NCBI RefSeq assembly: GCF_020885515.1
Contig: NZ_AP024987.1
Coordinates: 390,001-422,000 of the forward strand
Length of the DNA: 32,000 nucleotides
Source: a cyanobacterium endosymbiont of Braarudosphaera bigelowii
Lineage (GTDB): Bacteria; Cyanobacteriota; Cyanobacteriia; Cyanobacteriales; Microcystaceae
Direction of reading: 5' to 3'
Below are positions 29,148 to 32,000 of the stretch, piece by piece (the stretch's first letter is position 1; each line of letters opens with the position of its first letter). The notes under the pieces are model-generated. The model searched no databases and was not told the origin of the DNA. It saw nothing but the letters and a program-made list of their open reading frames with translations. Both the position numbers and the translations under genes were made by a program.

Positions 29148-29657
29148 TTAAGATAATATTCTTCTTGTAAGACGAGACCAGAATCCAGAAATCTTTGTTT
29201 TTATTTCATTTGTCAAACTCCATTTTTGAAATTCTTTTTGATAACTCTCACTTTCTGATTGAAATGTTTTAAAAATATCTAAAGTTATAATAAGGCCCGA
29301 AATAGTTAATACGTATAATGACCATGATAAAGTGTGCACAGCTAAAAAATTTAAAATTACACAAAAAGAATTGATAATTAAAAATTTTATTATTTTGTGT
29401 TTCAATCGTTTTTGTAAATATTTATCAAATTCTTGTTTTTTTTCTTTATATTTTTTTGTTGACAGCCAATTCTGCTCAACAATTTCTAAAGATTTAATAC
29501 TTATACCTAGCTCTAGTGCAATCTCCAAAAACTCTTCTCTAGAAATTTCTTCAGATTTAGTTTTAGAAACAATAGCCAAATGTAAAATTTCCTGGACTTC
29601 TGTCTTATGATAATGTGTAGGCGGTAATATATTATTAGAGAGCATATTAAATAACAA
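29148..29657 (-). CDS. 2TM domain-containing protein of unknown function
   Basis: 169 aa. N-terminal helical region (EVQEILHLAIVSKTKSEEISREEFLEIALELGISIKSLEIVEQNW) then two TM helices (FLIINSFCVILNFLAV..WSLYVLTISGLIITLDIF). Resembles a common cyanobacterial 2TM family. Confidence 0.6.
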   Translation of the reverse strand: MLFNMLSNNILPPTHYHKTEVQEILHLAIVSKTKSEEISREEFLEIALELGISIKSLEIVEQNWLSTKKYKEKKQEFDKYLQKRLKHKIIKFLIINSFCVILNFLAVHTLSWSLYVLTISGLIITLDIFKTFQSESESYQKEFQKWSLTNEIKTKISGFWSRLTRRILS

Positions 29658-30226
29658 TATAGAGCAAATTATGAATAACAGCTATTAATGAGATGCAAAA
29701 TTTTTGATACTTGCAATTAATTTGATAGTCAATATTCTAATAGTATTTGTAATCTTCATAATAAATAAAAATAATGAAAATTAGATTGATACTCTATTAT
29801 ATTGGAAAAACAAATATATCTGAGTTCAGTAAAAATTGATAAAACTTTTTGCTTAGATCATCAATATATAATCTTTCTGTATGTAGAAGATATACTTTAA
29901 AAAGTCTATTATCAAATAACATACAATAATGTGTATATTTAGAAGCTTTTACAATTTACGTAACTCTAAAAAATATAATAAACAAAGTATCAAAAACTTT
30001 TACAAAAAACAAGTTGTTATTATTATTTCATATAGGATATATTAATAGTTAATAGTCATGTAATATTAATATATAGACATTTCAAATTTCATCCGTACAA
30101 TCATAAGATTTTTTAATAAAAGTAATTAAATGTCAAGATACTATGTATCGACCTAGTGTCAACTCTTTTTTAAAACTGATACAACTTACACTCATTTAAA
30201 AAATTAAAGGTTTATTCGTAGATTAT

Positions 30227-32000
30227 GGTTTTTTCTTCTCTCATTTACACTTTACAAAAATCTTCTCTTATTAAGGATCTATCGCAGCAACTTAAAGTAA
30301 AAAATGAGTTGAGACTAAAAGGAATTAATCGTTTGTCAAAAGGATTAATTTCATCAGTTATTTCACAAATAAATAATCAGAATTTAGTAGTCATATGTGC
30401 TACTTCAGAAGAAGCGAGGAGATGGACAAAACAGTTAGAAATTATGGGTTGGAAAACTGTCAATTTCTACTTTGTTCCAGAAACTTCTCCATATGAGGAA
30501 TTGAATATTGAGAATGAGATAATATGGACACAAATGCAAGTTCTTTCCAACCTTTTTAAAGCGAAAAAATCAGAAAACAAAAAGTTTGCTATTGTTACTA
30601 CTGAAAGATCCTTACAACCACATTTACCATCTCCATCAACTTTTTATGATTATTGTTTGAATTTTAAAGTAGGAATAAAAATGTGCTTCACTGATCTCAG
30701 TAAAACATTCAGTGAACTAGGATATGAAAAGGTTAATTTAGTTGAAAGAGAAGGAGAATGGAGCAGACGAGGAGACATTCTAGATATTTTTCCGGTTTCA
30801 TCAGAAATTCCTATACGTTTAGAATGGCTTGGAGATGAATTAGAAAAAATTCGAGAATTTGATATATCAACTCAACGTTCACTAGGTGAAGCAGAGCAAG
30901 TTTTATTAACTCCTATTAACTTTGATGCTATCACAAAAAATATTATTCAAGTAAATACCTGTAATTTAGATAATTGCATTTCAGAAAAAGAGCCAAAAAA
31001 TCTAAAAGACCATAATTTTTCTCTAAAAGTTCAACAACTTTTAGACACTACAGTTTTAAAACCTGCCTCCCTATTTGATTATTTATCTTCTGATACACTT
31101 TGCGTCTTTGATGAAATTGATCAATGCAAAGCTCATAATCACCGATGGTTAGAGTATGTTGAGAGAAGCTGGAATGAGAAACAAAGTAAGTTGCCGAAAG
31201 TTCATCGTTCTTTTGAAGAATCTTTTTTGTTAATCGAAGAAATACCCAAGCTGTATTTATCAGAACTATCTGAAGTTAATGACACAAATTCTTTTAATAT
31301 AGAATCTCGCCCTATTCCTGTTAATCCCCATCAATTTTCTAAAGTAGCTGAAATATTGAGGGGGAAGAGAGAAATTTATAGTGGAATAAATATAAATAAA
31401 TATTCAGTATGGTTAATCTCAGCACAACCTTCGCGTACTGTTACTTTATTACAGGAACACGATTATTTTGCTCAATTCATTCCTAATCTCAGAGATTATC
31501 CTGCAATTAAAAAATCTCATACTCAAGGTATGGCAGTTGCGTTGAAACATTCTGGACTAGTTAGCTTGGAAGGTTTTATTTTACCTATATTTCGAATTGC
31601 AGTAATTACTGACAAAGAATTTTTTGGACAAAGCATCTCGGGATCTTCAGAATTTTTTAAAAAACGTCGTCGCTCAACTTCTAAAAAAGTCAACCTGCAA
31701 AAACTTCATGAAGGTGATTATGTAGTTCACAAGAGTCATGGTATTGGTAAATTTTTAAGACTAGAAAACTTGTCAAATCGTGAATATTTAGTTGTTCAAT
31801 ACTCTGATGGAGTTTTGAGAGTACCCGCTGATTCTCTCGATAATTTACTACGGTATTCCTCTGTAGATTCTACAACTCCCAAATTACATAAAATGACAGG
31901 AAAAGATTGGAGTAAAATTAAACAAAAGATCCGTAAAAATGTTAAAAAATTAGCATTTAATCTACTTCATCTATATGCAGAAAGAGCCAAAAAAAAAGGA
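30227..32000 (+). CDS. mfd: Transcription-repair coupling factor, 5' part; continues beyond the window
   Basis: Open from ATG 30227 to the window end. UvrB-homology segment (EREGEWSRRGDILDIFPVSSEIPIRLEWLGDELEKIREFDISTQRSL) and RNAP-interacting domain (LHEGDYVVHKSHGIGKFLRLE...YLVVQYSDGVLRVPADSL). Absent from the ORF track, probably because it is truncated by the window edge. Confidence 0.95.

Noticed and set aside
29332-29610. 92-aa plus-strand ORF opposite the 2TM-domain gene
   Set aside because: The minus-strand protein has a coherent helical plus two-TM architecture. The plus-strand translation does not resemble any family.
1-32000. CRISPR arrays, transposons, phage, toxin-antitoxin or defence islands
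   Set aside because: I saw no spaced direct repeats, transposase, integrase or defence-type proteins. All supported ORFs are housekeeping or common cyanobacterial families.

Overview
This is an AT-rich cyanobacterial chromosomal window with housekeeping gene content. Unusually long, apparently non-coding gaps separate conserved genes. That layout, plus retained Ycf3 and Ycf33-like proteins, suggests a genome-reduced marine or endosymbiotic cyanobacterium such as a UCYN-A or spheroid-body-like lineage. The lineage is an inference and I cannot prove it from this window.

Genes recognised, in order: DEAD/DEAH helicase 3' part (+), uvrC (-), murT-like Mur ligase (+), tRNA-Leu(UAA) split by a group I intron (+), RNase J (-), dapA (-), asd (-), efp (+), accB (+), UgpC/MalK-type ABC ATPase (-), RNase E/G (-), SRP RNA (-), gatC (-), ycf3 (-), sugar ABC permease (-), ileS (-), recO with an apparent frameshift (-), DUF751/Ycf33 (-), GHL10-type glycosyl hydrolase-like protein with an apparent 5' frameshift (+), SPFH/prohibitin protein (+), CbiO-like ATPase (+), glyA (+), DUF697-like GTPase (-), 2TM-domain protein (-), and the 5' part of mfd (+).

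I found no convincing new defence, mobile or biosynthetic system. The most interesting observations are:
(1) a perfect spacer-less 110-bp palindrome that is an inverted duplication of the 3' end of the ABC ATPase gene;
(2) two genes about 1.3 kb apart whose reading frames are restored only by changing the length of a poly-A tract (recO A9, glycosyl hydrolase A10), suggesting transcriptional slippage, early pseudogenisation or sequencing error;
(3) several very long perfect hairpins downstream of genes;
(4) a shared Arg-rich C-terminal tail on RNase E and RNase J;
(5) the small tRNA-Leu group I intron and an unannotated SRP RNA;
(6) large unexplained intergenic regions.
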